A stretch of 64,000 bases of DNA from the NCBI GenBank assembly GCA_964016885.1, contig OZ024744.1, positions 60,388,001 through 60,452,000 of the forward strand, given 5' to 3'. The stretch comes from Eledone cirrhosa. Taxonomy: Eukaryota. The notes under the pieces were generated by a model that searched no databases, was not told the DNA's origin, and was given only the letters and a program-made list of their open reading frames with translations. Both the position numbers and the translations under genes were made by a program. Every line of letters begins with the position of its first letter. Positions within the stretch are counted from its first letter, which is position 1. Shown piece by piece: positions 52,127 to 64,000 of this stretch.

Positions 52127-55100
52127 AGTACAGCCACCAGAAATAACATCTGTGAAATAAACAGCTACATCTATCTGCTTAGCTAGCTACCTCACCGTGA
52201 AACAAACAACCCTTAAAGCCACCAAAATAAAACGCCTACGCAGCGGCTAAACATCAAACGATTATTTTTGTATAAATAGAGTGATTCCAATCACTTTCGC
52301 CAATCCACTTTGGCAGAGTGAGCTAGTGTATCGTTGTTCCTCTCCTCTGCCACGCTTGTCACTCACACACGCCTTGTACCTCTGTATCGTCGCTTCATGT
52401 ATGAAAATAAATAGCTGACCGAAACTACATTCCTCGCCTTGCTCGTCCTTTCAACTGTTCATCCTTACCGTATGTGACAACAGTCCTTTTAAGGGCTATC
52501 CTCAGATCCGATCAGACCGTATGCGATAACAGTCCTTTTAAGGGCTATTCTCGGATCCGATCAGAAGTAGTGACCAGACAGACTAACCACATCGCTACAA
52601 TTGGTGACCCCGACGTGATTCGAACGCGCAACCAGATAGCAGCCTAACAAGATACCAACATGGACATGTCACAACCAACGACAGAGGCCGAGATTTCAGA
52701 GCTGCGGGCTATGATCAGAGAGCGGGCTGGTCAAATTAAAGCCCTCTCAAATCAAGTAGAGAACCTGACCTTTCAAACACACCGGCGACGCAGCAACAGT
52801 CGATCCAGGCCTTTTCACAGTCGAAGATCCAGTAGTCCCAGTCAAAATCGTGTGTCTGGTAACTTCTGCTGGTATCACGCAGAATTCGGCGCACAGGCAT
52901 CTAAGTGCAAGGCCCCGTGCTCTTTCCAGAATACCACCCAGGGCCTAGCGACGACGTTCACCCCTGGTACTGAAAAGAAAAGTCGTCTATTTTTTATCAA
53001 CAACCAAGCGACAGGCATCCGTTACCTCATGGATACAGGAGCCCAGGTTTCCTGTTTCACTAGTCTCGGACAAAAGACATCCAACACCGTCCTTTCTGCA
53101 GGCAGTGAACCAATCGTCAATTCCGACTTTCGGGGAGAAATCACTGACCCTCAGTTTAGGCCTGAGGCGTCGTTTTCAATGGGTGTTCGTCGTGGCAGAC
53201 CTGCCAACCCCTATCTTAGGAGCCGATTTTCTCCACCACTTCAACCTTCTGGTGGACATGAAGAACCGGAGGCTTATTGACACCACCACAAACCTCACTG
53301 TGAGAGGTATATTTACCACGCAATCCACAGTGAGCCCTGTAATTTGCCGTCAAAGCCTTCGCGTTACAACGGCATTCTCCAGAAATACCCAGACATCACT
53401 CGCCCTGTATTTAAGGATGGACCTATTAAACATAGTGTCACACACCACATCGAGACAAGAGGACCACCCACAGTTGCCCGACCAAGTAGACTGCCTCCAG
53501 CCTGATTGATAATCGCCAAACAGGAGTTTCAACACATGCTGGACCTTGGAATCATTCGCCCTTCCTCCAGCAACTGGTCTGCACCCCTACACCTTGTTCC
53601 TAAAAAAACGAGAATGATTGGCGACCATGTGGGGATTATCGTGCACTCAACAATAGTACCCGATAATTACCCTGTACCTCACTTGCACGACTTTTCTGCT
53701 TCTCTGCAAGGCGCACGCATCTTTTCCAACATAGATTTGGTACGAGCATATAACCAGATACCTATGGAGCCTGCAGATATTCCGAAGACCGCAATCACGA
53801 CACCGTTCGGTTTATTTGAATTCCTGCATAATGCCTTTCGGTCTGCGCAACGCTGCACAAACTTTTCAGCGGTTTATTGACACCGTGTTACGTGATCTAC
53901 CCGTCGTATACGCGTATATCGACGACGAGCTAGTAGCAAGTACTTCCGAGCAAGAACACGAGAAGCACTTAGATCTTCTTTTCCAACGTTTGGCCGAGTA
54001 CGGTATTATCATCAACCTCAGCAAGTGCCTTCTTGGCGTTCCTTCACTGTCCTTTCTCGGGCACATCTTGAGAAAGTAAAAGCTATCCGCAATTTTCCCG
54101 CACCTACATCACTTCGGAAACTGCCTGAATTCCTCGGTTTGGTGAATTTTTATAGGCGTTTCATCCCTCATTGTGCCGACACAGCCAGACTCCTCACGGA
54201 CCTTCTTCGCAACCGGACTCGGAAAAACGAAGACATCACTCTGAACGAGGAAGAATTAACATCTTTTAACCGCCTGAAGGAAATGTTGGCAAACGCTTCC
54301 ATGCTCGTTTTCCCTAGATCAGGCGCTCCTCTTTCGCTGCTAGTGGACGTATCAGACACAAGGGTTGGAGGCGTTTTACAACATGTCGACGGCGTTTGGC
54401 AAACCTTATCCTTCTTTTCTAAGCGGTTACAACCTGCATAAACCAAATACACTACGTTTGACCGCGAACTTTTGGCAACCTACCTTTCGGTTAAACATTT
54501 TCGTCACATGCTCGAAGGATCAGATTTCGCGATCTACACGGACCATAAACCACGTTTATGCGTTCCTTACCAAACCTGATCGACATTCACCGAGAGAACT
54601 CCGATACCTGGATTTTGTCTCCCAATATTCAACTAATATTCGCATATCAAGGGATCAGACAACGTAGCAGCAGACGCCCTGTCCCGAATCCAGCTGAACG
54701 CAATACATGTGCATTCGGGCATCGACCTTCAACAGATCGCAGCTGACCAAGAGACTGACGAAGAGTTTATCAAGCTCCGAGATTCGCCATCCCTCAAGTT
54801 TCAGCAAGTTCCCATTCCTTCTTCTCCGGGACAAATTTGGTGCGAACTTTCTACCAGTCATGAACGACCGTACGTACCACAGATGCATCGTCGACAAGTT
54901 TTTTCTGCTTTACACTGCCTGTCTCACCCGGGAATCCGGGATACACAGAAACTCATCTCTGCTCGTTTTGTGTGGACTAACATTAACAAGGACGTGCGCG
55001 ACTGGTCCAGGAGCTGCATTGCCTGCCAGAAAGCCAAAGTCCACAAACACATCAAAACTCCACTCGGCACATTCGCGCAACCTGATGCACGTTTTCATCA

Positions 55101-57358
55101 TGTGCATATCGACATCGTCGGACCTCTACCACCATCACAGAACTGCACACACTTGCTCACCTGCATAGATCGTTTTTCCCGTTGGCCTGAGGCTTTTCCC
55201 ATAAGTGATACCTCAGCGGAAACAGTCGTTAAACTTTGGTTTTACACTGAGTATCACGTTATGGCGCCCCAGCGAAGATAACAATGGACAGAGGACGCCA
55301 ATTTGACTCCCACCTCTTCAGGGGAACTGACCCGCCTGTTAGGATGTAAACACATCCGCACGACAGCTTATCACCCGCAAGCTAATGGTCTCGTGGAAAG
55401 ATTCCATCGCCAATTGAAAGCTGCAATAAAAGCATATCCAGACAAGACCCACTGGTTTGAATACCTACCACTCATCCTTCTGGGCATTCGATCCACCGTT
55501 AAGGAGGAATTCGGACACACACCTGCAGAATTAGTGTACGGCACCACCCTGGTTCTACCTGGTCAGATGGTTGCTCCCATCTCTCCTCAGGACGTTCCAG
55601 ACCCAGGATCATACGTACACCGTCTTCGACAATATATGTCTCACCTTGCTCCTGCAAGCACGGCCACACATGTTCCTTCAGACATTAAAGATTGGACACA
55701 CGTTTTCGTTCGAAACGACACCATCTCAGCTCATCTTCGACCTCCATATTCTGGCCCTTACTGTGTTCTAAAAAAATATCCGAAATATTTTATTCTCGAT
55801 CTAGATGGTAAACAGAATTCTGTCAGCATGGACAGATTAAAAAAAGCCATCATGGATACTGTTACAGTCACTACACCAGAAACTCCAACAGATTGCTGTC
55901 CCAGCAAGCCACCTGTTTCATCTCCAGTCACGAGAAGTGGACGACGTGTCCATTGGCCCGCCAAGTTGGCACAATATGTGAATTACCGTTAACCTCAAGT
56001 GAGTTTCTTAATCATTCTTCTTGCAAAACATTCCCATTTTCCTTGTGTTTACTATTTCCAGTTTCAAATACAATGAACTTTCTGCTTGAACAATTGCAAT
56101 TTTTAGTGACCATGTGCTCATGTCACGAAGAACATTATTTATTATGAACATTATTTATTACAAACACTATTTAAGAACAAACATTGTGTATAGCATTTTT
56201 TTTCTTCTCTCTCTTGTTTTGCAAAATTTTTTATTTTTCTTGTTCTGCAATATTAATTGTGTAATTGTCATAATTTTTATATACATACAAGGCGTGTACA
56301 TATTCTATTTTTCATGCACACTACAAAACTACGTTTGTTTCACCTTTGGTTCATACACTGAGCAATAGATATTTTTGAACCCCTAACTCTTACACTACAA
56401 AATGTTTTCTCTTTGATCACGTATTTCACAAAACACATCCTCAAAACACTGACCTTCTTTTTTCACGTACACATTCACTCAATAGCTCGAGAATGCCTCG
56501 CTATTTTTTACCACATGCATTCGCTCAAGTCATATGGTTTGGAGCAAACTATTACTTTTAGGCAACATGCTTACGGCCATTCAGTTCACACATTACGGTT
56601 ATTTTCACTGCCCTGTTAGACTTTTTGTCACGCCATTTACAGGCAGCTCAACCCAAATTGCAACAGGCTCATTCATCACGCTTGCATAATTCTGGTCAAA
56701 GTCATTTTATAGTTTTTTTGTTTTTTTTTTTCTCTTCCTGACACACACATCTTGCCATATCATCTCTACATCGACTCTGTCACCAACTCGATTATCACCA
56801 AACTTCACAACGTGCTGGACACTCCTTGGGCTATTTTCATGACAAATGCACCACTGGCTCATTACTATACGATATTTCGCTCTTTTGTTGTACAAAAGAT
56901 CTGGCAGGGAGCTAATGTACAGCCACCAGAAATAACATCTGTGAAATAAACAGCTACATCTATCTGCTTAGCTAAAGCCACCAAAATAAAACGCCTACGC
57001 AGCGGCTAAACATCAAACGATTATTTTTGTATAAATAGAGTGATTCCAAACACTTTCACCAGTCGACTTTGGCAGAGTCAGCTAGTGTATCGTTGTTCCT
57101 CTCCTCTGCCACGCTTGTCACTCACACACGCCTTGTACCTCTGTATCGTCGCTTCATGTATGAAAATAAATAGCTGACCGAAACTACATCTCTCGCCTTG
57201 CTCGTCCTTTCAACTGTTCATCCTTACCGTATGTGACAACAGTCCTTTTAAGGGCTATCCTCAGATCCGATCAGACCGTATGCGATAACAGTCCTTTTAA
57301 GGGCTATTCTCGGATCCGATCAGAAGTAGTGACCAGACAGACTAACCACGTTGCTACA
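52127..57358 (+). mobile_element. Ty3/Gypsy CsRN1-like element, decayed; GATA TSD
   Basis: LTRs 52127-52599 and 56916-57358 (~30-bp indel); GATA at 52123-26 and 57359-62; CWYHAEFG..ASKCKAPC; [38 protein letters not shown]; gag N-terminus missing. Confidence 0.95.
52602..52633 (+). promoter_or_regulatory. Extended tRNA-Trp primer-binding site
   Basis: TGGTGACCCCGACGTGATTCGAACGCGCAACC; the reverse complement reads as T-arm (GTTCGAATC) + acceptor strand + CCA. Confidence 0.85.
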
Positions 57359-57406
57359 GATATGCAAAATTGGGCGTTTACTATGTATTCTGTTTTTTTA
57401 TGAGTC

Positions 57407-57817
57407 TGTAGCAAGAGTTGCCTCCCTTATTGTGACGATCACATCACCAATAGAGTAACGCTCTCTAGACAAGAAGTAGCTGGAGTTGCTTCCCGTTGGG
57501 GTGGCAGAGCCCTTTTTGTCACTTCCGTCCCAGGACCTATAAAGGGAATAACTTTCAGCTCTCTACCTCTCATTTGCTTTTGGCTCCTGGCCTTCTAACC
57601 TGCCTGGCCCTTCGGCCAGGCGCGTTCGTCTGGCAACCCTAACATGGCCTCTTGCGAGCTAACTTCAAAACGGTAACAAATAACTTTACTTCATTCTTTC
57701 ATCTACTTTCATTGACTTGTCAACTATACTGTTCTACATAACCTCAACTTGTTAATTAAACGTTGTATACACAACTGAGTCTCCTGTTATATTCATACAA
57801 TCCAGTATTTTGTTATA
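57407..57817 (+). mobile_element. Solo LTR with AGTC TSD
   Basis: TGTAGCAA...TTGTTATA termini; AGTC at 57403-06 and 57818-21; TATAAA at ~57538; first 21 nt identical to 13079. Confidence 0.85.
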
Positions 57818-58142
57818 AGTCCCTCCCCAAAAAAACCCGAAGTGCTCCTGGTCCACCATGAGCACAGCCTAAAAAAAGTAGCGTAGCTAGGGAGTGGGGA
57901 CTCTTCCCCAGGCGACACTTTTATAAGAGAAGCACTTTGGGATCTGTTGTATAAGCCTGTATTGAAATAAAAGTAGTTTTAACGTCGAGGACTCACAGTT
58001 AAAAGACATCGTCGATTTCTTGTAATTTTCTTGGCTGAACAAGAAACAATAACAATAACTTATGCAATTCAGGGCAGTTTTATCATTGTTGATAATGTAA
58101 AACGTGTAAACGGAACCAGGGTAGCTATTTCAGTTATTTTCT

Positions 58143-58300
58143 TTGACACAAGTTCGTTTCGGGGTTATGTGTGAACATCTACGAATCCAGCTGGGAAAAA
58201 AGTTTGCTACTTCCTATCTGTCTCACACTATTCAGAACAAATTTATTGAAAATTGGGGAGAAATCGTAAACGGCAAAATGATCGGTAGTATTATAGAACG
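58143..58300 (+). pseudogene. hAT transposase (ZMYM1/DUF4371-like) fragment
   Basis: EHL......TSYLSHTIQNKFIE...EIV...I resembles YlS.xIQNElI. Confidence 0.6.
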
Positions 58301-60019
58301 CTTCCATCGAATTCAGTGGGAAATAATTATTTATTTTCCCCTCCATTTTCGGGGGGATCATTTGAATTATATTCGGAGATAAGATTAATTGGAAACACAC
58401 GAAAAAAGAGAAAAAGAAACGAGAGAGAAAAAATCGTAGAGTGCGAGTGAAGACAATAATAAAGAACAGCCAAGTAACTCAAGATAATGTTGTTGGTCAT
58501 ATTGATACAGAACAATTCCACAGTCTGGCTTTAAAGGCAGTGACGAGATACAGCCTAGTAACTTCAAAATAATGTCTTCATTAAGACAAATTAGATCTGA
58601 TCGTCATGCCTGAATATATAATAAAAACGGAACAAGGCATCCCAGTACCATGAGACTATGGGCTGCAACCAACAAATCAGGTAATGAGTGGTAATAAAAT
58701 TAATTAGATACTAGTTGGAGGTTGAGAGATTCACTGTGCACGTTGACTGGTGCTTTCCGCTAACCTCTAAGTCACTGCTGTGGTCTTTATTTACAAGAAC
58801 TAGCTAATTGTCCCATTCACTAATGGCTCTTTGAATATTTTTTTCCTGGCGTCTTTAGACGTCTTGAGATAACTGCAGTCCGTTTGTCTTTTGGTCAGCC
58901 TAACGAGTTTTTTTTTTGTTTTTTTTTAGTAGTGCAGTCCTGTCCGAAAAAGATTGCCCATGTCTGATGTAGAGCATTTAAAAGCTAACAAGGTTGGAAG
59001 TGCAATCTATTTCCAAGGATCGATCAACCATTAATAAGATCTTCCAATTCACTGACGCTATAAAAAAAATTTCAACAAACTATTCATTATCTGTCCTCTT
59101 TCGTCTACTTTTACTCTCTAGTGTCACTCTCTATCTTCCTCTCGTTTTTTTTTTGTTTCTTTCTATCTTTCTTTCTCAACCTTTCACGGACTACCAGCTT
59201 TACGTGTATACTTAAATGAATTAAATAAATAATATTGCTATATACACAAGCAATACCAATTAATACAAATTGAAGTATTGTATTATTTACATTACATTTT
59301 ATTTAGTGTTTTCTGCTACCTTGTCATTAAATGAATTTAAATCATATTATACCCGTCATTATGACAGGATTAAAACAACTAGTCAGTCGAGGCTAGAGAA
59401 CATTTGAGACAGTCAGCCTCTGGTCGCAAGAAACATTTAAAAAATTAAGAACAAATGAATGAAAGCCAACACAGATTGATGTTGAGATTACAATATCCAT
59501 CCATGCTGATCTCTAAAACAGAGGTGACAATTTAACAACATATATACTAAATTTAGACTGGTGCTTTCTGCTCACCTCTAATTCTTCATCAAATGTATTT
59601 CTATCTATTCATTCATATTATGTAATATTTTTTTCAATCACTTACAGTTGAGTTATCTATTTACTATATGGTCCGGCAAACTATCCTATTCACTAATGGC
59701 TCTTTGGGGAAATATAATTTTTTTGTGATGTCTTCTAACACCTCAACAAATTATATTTAAATCTATTCATTCATATTATACCCGTCATCATGGCCGGGTT
59801 AAATCAACTAGTCGGTCCGGACTAGAGAACAATTGAGACAGTCAGCCTCTGCTCGCAAGAAACATTAAACAAAATTAAGAGCAAATGAATGTTAGCCTAC
59901 AAATAGATCGATGTTGAGATTTCAATATCCATCCATGCTGATCTCTAAAACAGACCTGACATTTTAATAACAAATATAATGAACTAAATTCTGACAAAAA
60001 TCTCGTATTTCATGGATAT

Positions 60020-60330
60020 ATTTAAATATATATTTAAAACGGGACGAGGGCCACTGGACTATCAGGCCATTGATTGCAACCCACTTAGATCTTATGTAAA
60101 TCCAGAAATAACTATCATATCTATTTTTGAAATTATTTACTGTTGTGGTGTTTACTACATGAGCTAACAAACTATCCCAGTCATTAATATAACTCTTTGA
60201 CAAAAGACAAAGAAATATATTTTCTAGTATCTTTATATCATTGGTTCTTATAAAGCGTGAAATAAAATCATGTTAGTGTTTTACCTTATAAAGTTTTGAA
60301 GCACTCCTCTCAATGAACTGTTGAGAAATT
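60020..60330 (-). mobile_element. CR1/L2-type LINE 3' end (second copy at ~62940-63250)
   Basis: INDWDSLLAHVVNTTTVNNFKNRYD matches the ORF2 terminus motif vnxWNsLp..vv.a.sv..FK.rlD. Confidence 0.7.
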
Positions 60331-60544
60331 GTATTGGAAATCACAGATGATATACCATCACTACAGAAAAAATATATTTTATCAAATTTCTTGTATCTTT
60401 AAATCTTTCGCCTTTTCTCGGGCGTTTCAAAAACTCTAGAAGCGTTTCATCAATATTACCCCCGCCCAACACACACTTGTTTTTTCTGATCTCATGAATT
60501 GGCGAGGCAACGTATACGTTGTAATCTCTTGACTTGCAACAAAT

Positions 60545-61020
60545 ATACGAAGCAGCGTCTAAGTGACTACATTGACCTGCTAGCAATAGCAGTCAAATTC
60601 CATTGAATTGCTCACAAACAAGGCAGCGTCTATGTGGTGATCACTTCACCTGCTACAAAGAGCAGTTAAATTTCCTTGAATTACACACTAGAGAGCGTCT
60701 TCTTAGTGATCCCTTCACCTGCTAGAAATAACAGTCAATTCCCTCAAATTACACACTAACAGAGAGCCTCTTCTTGGTGGTACTGTGGCCTGCTAGAAAT
60801 AACAGTCACATTCCCTTCAATTACACGCTAACGAGACAGCCTCTACATGGTGACCCATAAACCTGCTAGAAGCAGTAATAACATTTCCTTGAATTACATA
60901 CCAACGAAACAGCGTGTTCGTGGTGTACCATAGACCTGCTAAAAATAATAGTCACACTCCCTTGAATTCCACACCAACGAGACAACCTCTGCGTGGTGGT
61001 CACTTAACCAGTTAGAATTA
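60545..61020. repeat. ~72-bp diverged minisatellite (second array at ~63465-63900)
   Basis: CCTGCTAGAAATA.CAGTCA..TTCCCTTGAATTACAC recurs at ~60579, 60652, 60721, 60792, 60865 and 60938. Confidence 0.88.
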
Positions 61021-61240
61021 GGAATTTTATATCCACAACCAAGTAATCCCAGAAAATGCTGTTGACCATAGTGGCTCCAGTAACTTATTACAGACTAATT
61101 CACTGTCTGATGATGAAGACAATGATGAAGAACAGCCAAGTAACTCCAGATAATGTTGTTAGCCATATTGGTTCCACAGTAACTATATTACAAAACAATT
61201 TCACAGTCTTGCTTTAAATGCAGTGACGAGATACAGCCTA

Positions 61241-61445
61241 AAGGAGTCGATGGACTTTCGTCAAATCGGACCGAAGACACAATGTTTCTAATTGCTAATA
61301 CTCTCTATCGGTCGCAACTCCACGTAGAAGGAGCAACGTGAAATAAAGTGTCTTGCTCAAGGACATAACGCATCGCCCGGTCCAGGAATCGAACTCATAA
61401 CCTCACAATAGCGAATCCAATTCTCTAACCACCCAGCAACGCGCC
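61241..61445 (-). mobile_element. tRNA-derived SINE with 9-bp TSD
   Basis: Minus strand GTGGTTAGAG, GTTCGATTCC, GTCCTTGAGCAAGACAC. TACAGCCTA at 61232-40 and 61446-54; empty paralogous site at ~58548. Confidence 0.85.
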
Positions 61446-62760
61446 TACAGCCTAGTAACATTAAAATGATAAGCATTTAGTGGGCCTGGACTAGAGAACA
61501 TTTAAGACCGTCAGCCTCAGCTCGCAAGAAACTTGATAAAAAAAATTAACAGCACATCCCCAAAACCACTACATCCCCTCTTCCCATACACTAATCAGAT
61601 ACCCCTAACACTTATCTCTAGATCACGACCCCACTACCATAATTCACACCATTACATCCCCATACACTAATCAGCAACCACTACGCTTTACGCATTGCTC
61701 TGCCAAATTCCCACATACACCTATAACTTCATACCTATCTCACTCCCCTATTATCCCCACCCCAGAGCTGCGACGGCCCTTTAGTTGGGTTAATAACCAA
61801 CAACCTCTCTAATGATGGTGCCATAAAAATGCACCCAATACACTCGGTAAGGGTGGTTGGCAACAGGAAGGACATCCACACGTAAAAAGCTTGCCAAACA
61901 AAGGGTTGGGAGAACCTTTTAGTTGTATCAAGGACATAGCAGCCTCCCTAATACTGGTAATCGTCACAATAAAAGCGCACAGTATACGCTGTAAAGTGGG
62001 TGGTGTTAGGAAGGACTTCTACTTGGAGAAAGATAGCAAACAAGGGGTTAGGAGGACCCTTTAGTTTGTGACAAAAGACACAACATATCTGCATACGTAA
62101 GCAGGATACAGACCCCCTACGGCCTATTGGGAGATTGTAGCTCCGCTTCAGTACTGACTTCATAGGTACACACGTCCAACCTTTTACTGCCAGGAAGTGC
62201 GGACGTTAAATGATGATGAAAAAAGTAAGCCAACACATAGATCGACGCTGTTATTTCAATATCCATGCTGATCTCTAAAACAGAGGTGACAATTTAACAA
62301 CATATATACTAAATTTAGACAATTCTATTCACTTAGACTGGTGCTTTCTGCTCACCTCTAATTCTTCATCAAATGTATTTCTATCTATTCATTCGTATTA
62401 TGTAATATTTTTTCAATCACTTACAGTTGAGTTATCTATTTACTATATGGTCCGGCAAACTGTCCTATTCACTAATGGCTCTTTGGGGAAATATAATTTT
62501 TTTGTGATGTCTTCTAACACCTCAACAAATTATATTTAAATCTATTCATTCATATTATACCCGTCATCATGGCCGGGTTAAATCAACTAGTCGGTCCGGA
62601 CTAGAGAACAATTGAGACAGTCAGCCTCTGCTCGCAAGAAACATTTTAAAAAAATTAAGAGCAAATGAATGTTAGCCTACAAATAGATCGATGTTGAGAT
62701 TTCAATATCCATCCATGCTGATCTCTAAAACAGACCTGACATTTTAATAACAAATATAAT

Positions 62761-62879
62761 TGTTTCTACTTTAGGCACAAGGCCAGCAATTACCCAGTGC
62801 ATTACTGGTACTTTATTTTATCGACCCCGTAAGGATGAAAGGCAAAGTCAACCTCGGCGGGTTGACTTTGCCTTTCATC
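62761..62879 (-). mobile_element. Truncated Nin/Deu-like SINE with fold-back end and 20-bp TSD
   Basis: ATTTTAATAACAAATATAAT at 62741-60 and 62882-901; empty site at 59961-80. Confidence 0.92.
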
Positions 62880-64000
62880 ATATTTTAATAACAAATATAA
62901 TTAACTAAATTTTGACAAAAATCTCGTATTTCATGGATATATTTAAATATATATTTAAAACGGGACGAGGGCCACTGGACTATCAGGCCATTGATTGCAA
63001 CCCACTTAGATCTTATGTAAATCCAGAAATAACTATCATATCTATTTTTGAAATTATTTACTGTTGTGGTGTTTACTACATGAGCTAACAAACTATCCCA
63101 GTCATTAATATAACTCTTTGACAAAAGACAAAGAAATATATTTTCTAGTATCTTTATATCATTGGTTCTTATAAGGCGTGAAATAAAATCATGTTAGTGT
63201 TTTACCTTATAAAGTTTTGAAGCACTTCTCTCAATGAACTGTTGAGAAATTGTATTGGAATATCACAGATGATATACCATCACTACAGAAAAAATATATT
63301 TTATCAAATTTCTTGTATCTTTAAATCTTTCGCCTTTTCTCGGGCGTTTCAAAAACTCTAGAAGCGTTTCATCAATATTACCCCCGCCCAACACACACTT
63401 GTTTTTTCTGATCTCATGAATTGGCGAGGCAACGTATACGTTGTAATCTCTTGACTTGCAACAAATAACAGTTAAATACCCTTGAATTACACACCATCGA
63501 AGCAGCGTCTATGTGGTGATCCATTGACCCGCTAGAAATAACAGTCACATTCCCTTGAATTTTCCACCAACGCGGCAACGTTTGCATGGTGGTGGCTTAA
63601 TCTGCTAGAAACAGTAGTCAAACTCTCTTGAATTACACACCAACCAATCAGCGTCTTTGTGGTGAACATTTGACCTGCTAGAAATAACAGTCACATTCAT
63701 TTGCAGCTTCTTCGTGGTGATCCCTTGACCTGCTAGAAATAGCTGTTACATCCCCTTGAATTACACACCAACAAGGCAGCATTTGCATTGCGGTCACTTG
63801 ACCTGCTAGAAGCAGTAGTAAAATTGCCTTGAATTACACACCAACGAGGCAGCGGGGTGATCCATAGAAATAGCCGTTGAATTCCACACCAACGAGGTAG
63901 ACAGCCTACGAACCCCCAGATGATGCCGGGCACCACATTGGTTCCACAGTAACTATATTGCAGACTAATTTTCAGTGGCTTCAAAGACAATGACGAGATG

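Larger units (their letters stand above)
59460..63466. repeat. Tandem segmental duplication: ~59460-60545 repeated at ~62225-63466
   Basis: Near-identical by eye; ORFs 59964..60203 and 62885..63124 differ by one residue; offset ~2.8 kb. Confidence 0.93.

Noticed and set aside
55993-56900. Possible env or extra ORF between pol and the 3' LTR
   Set aside because: Only short AT-rich ORFs with no envelope features; treated as a long 3' UTR.
60400-60416. TAAATCTTTCGCCTTTT resembles U5 snRNA loop 1 (also ~63325)
   Set aside because: The match stops before ACTAAAGATTT, the closing stem and Sm site are absent, and it adjoins a LINE remnant.

Overview
Eukaryotic, AT-rich, almost entirely repeat-derived DNA with no intact cellular gene, no CRISPR array and no prokaryotic system. 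The SINE and RTE families resemble those I recognise from octopus/cephalopod genomes (inference). Contents: a ~16 kb two-monomer satellite array (10.0-25.9 kb); five decayed Ty3/Gypsy proviruses (three CsRN1-like by CHCC Gag motif and tRNA-Trp PBS, one gag-less relative, one divergent minus-strand element) plus solo LTRs; RTE, L1/Tx1, CR1/Jockey and CRE LINE remnants; Helitron, hAT and Merlin remnants; minisatellites; and a ~2.8 kb tandem duplication at the right end. Best leads: (1) a Nin/Deu-type SINE that always lands at ATAAT and sits repeatedly at one satellite position with different truncations; (2) a candidate 4-nt microexon on the minus strand; (3) a 32-nt extended tRNA-Trp PBS; (4) LTRs with non-canonical termini; (5) a five-level nested transposon stack containing a head-to-tail Helitron junction. 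Coordinates were counted by eye. Termini supported by TSDs should be close to exact; the others are approximate.
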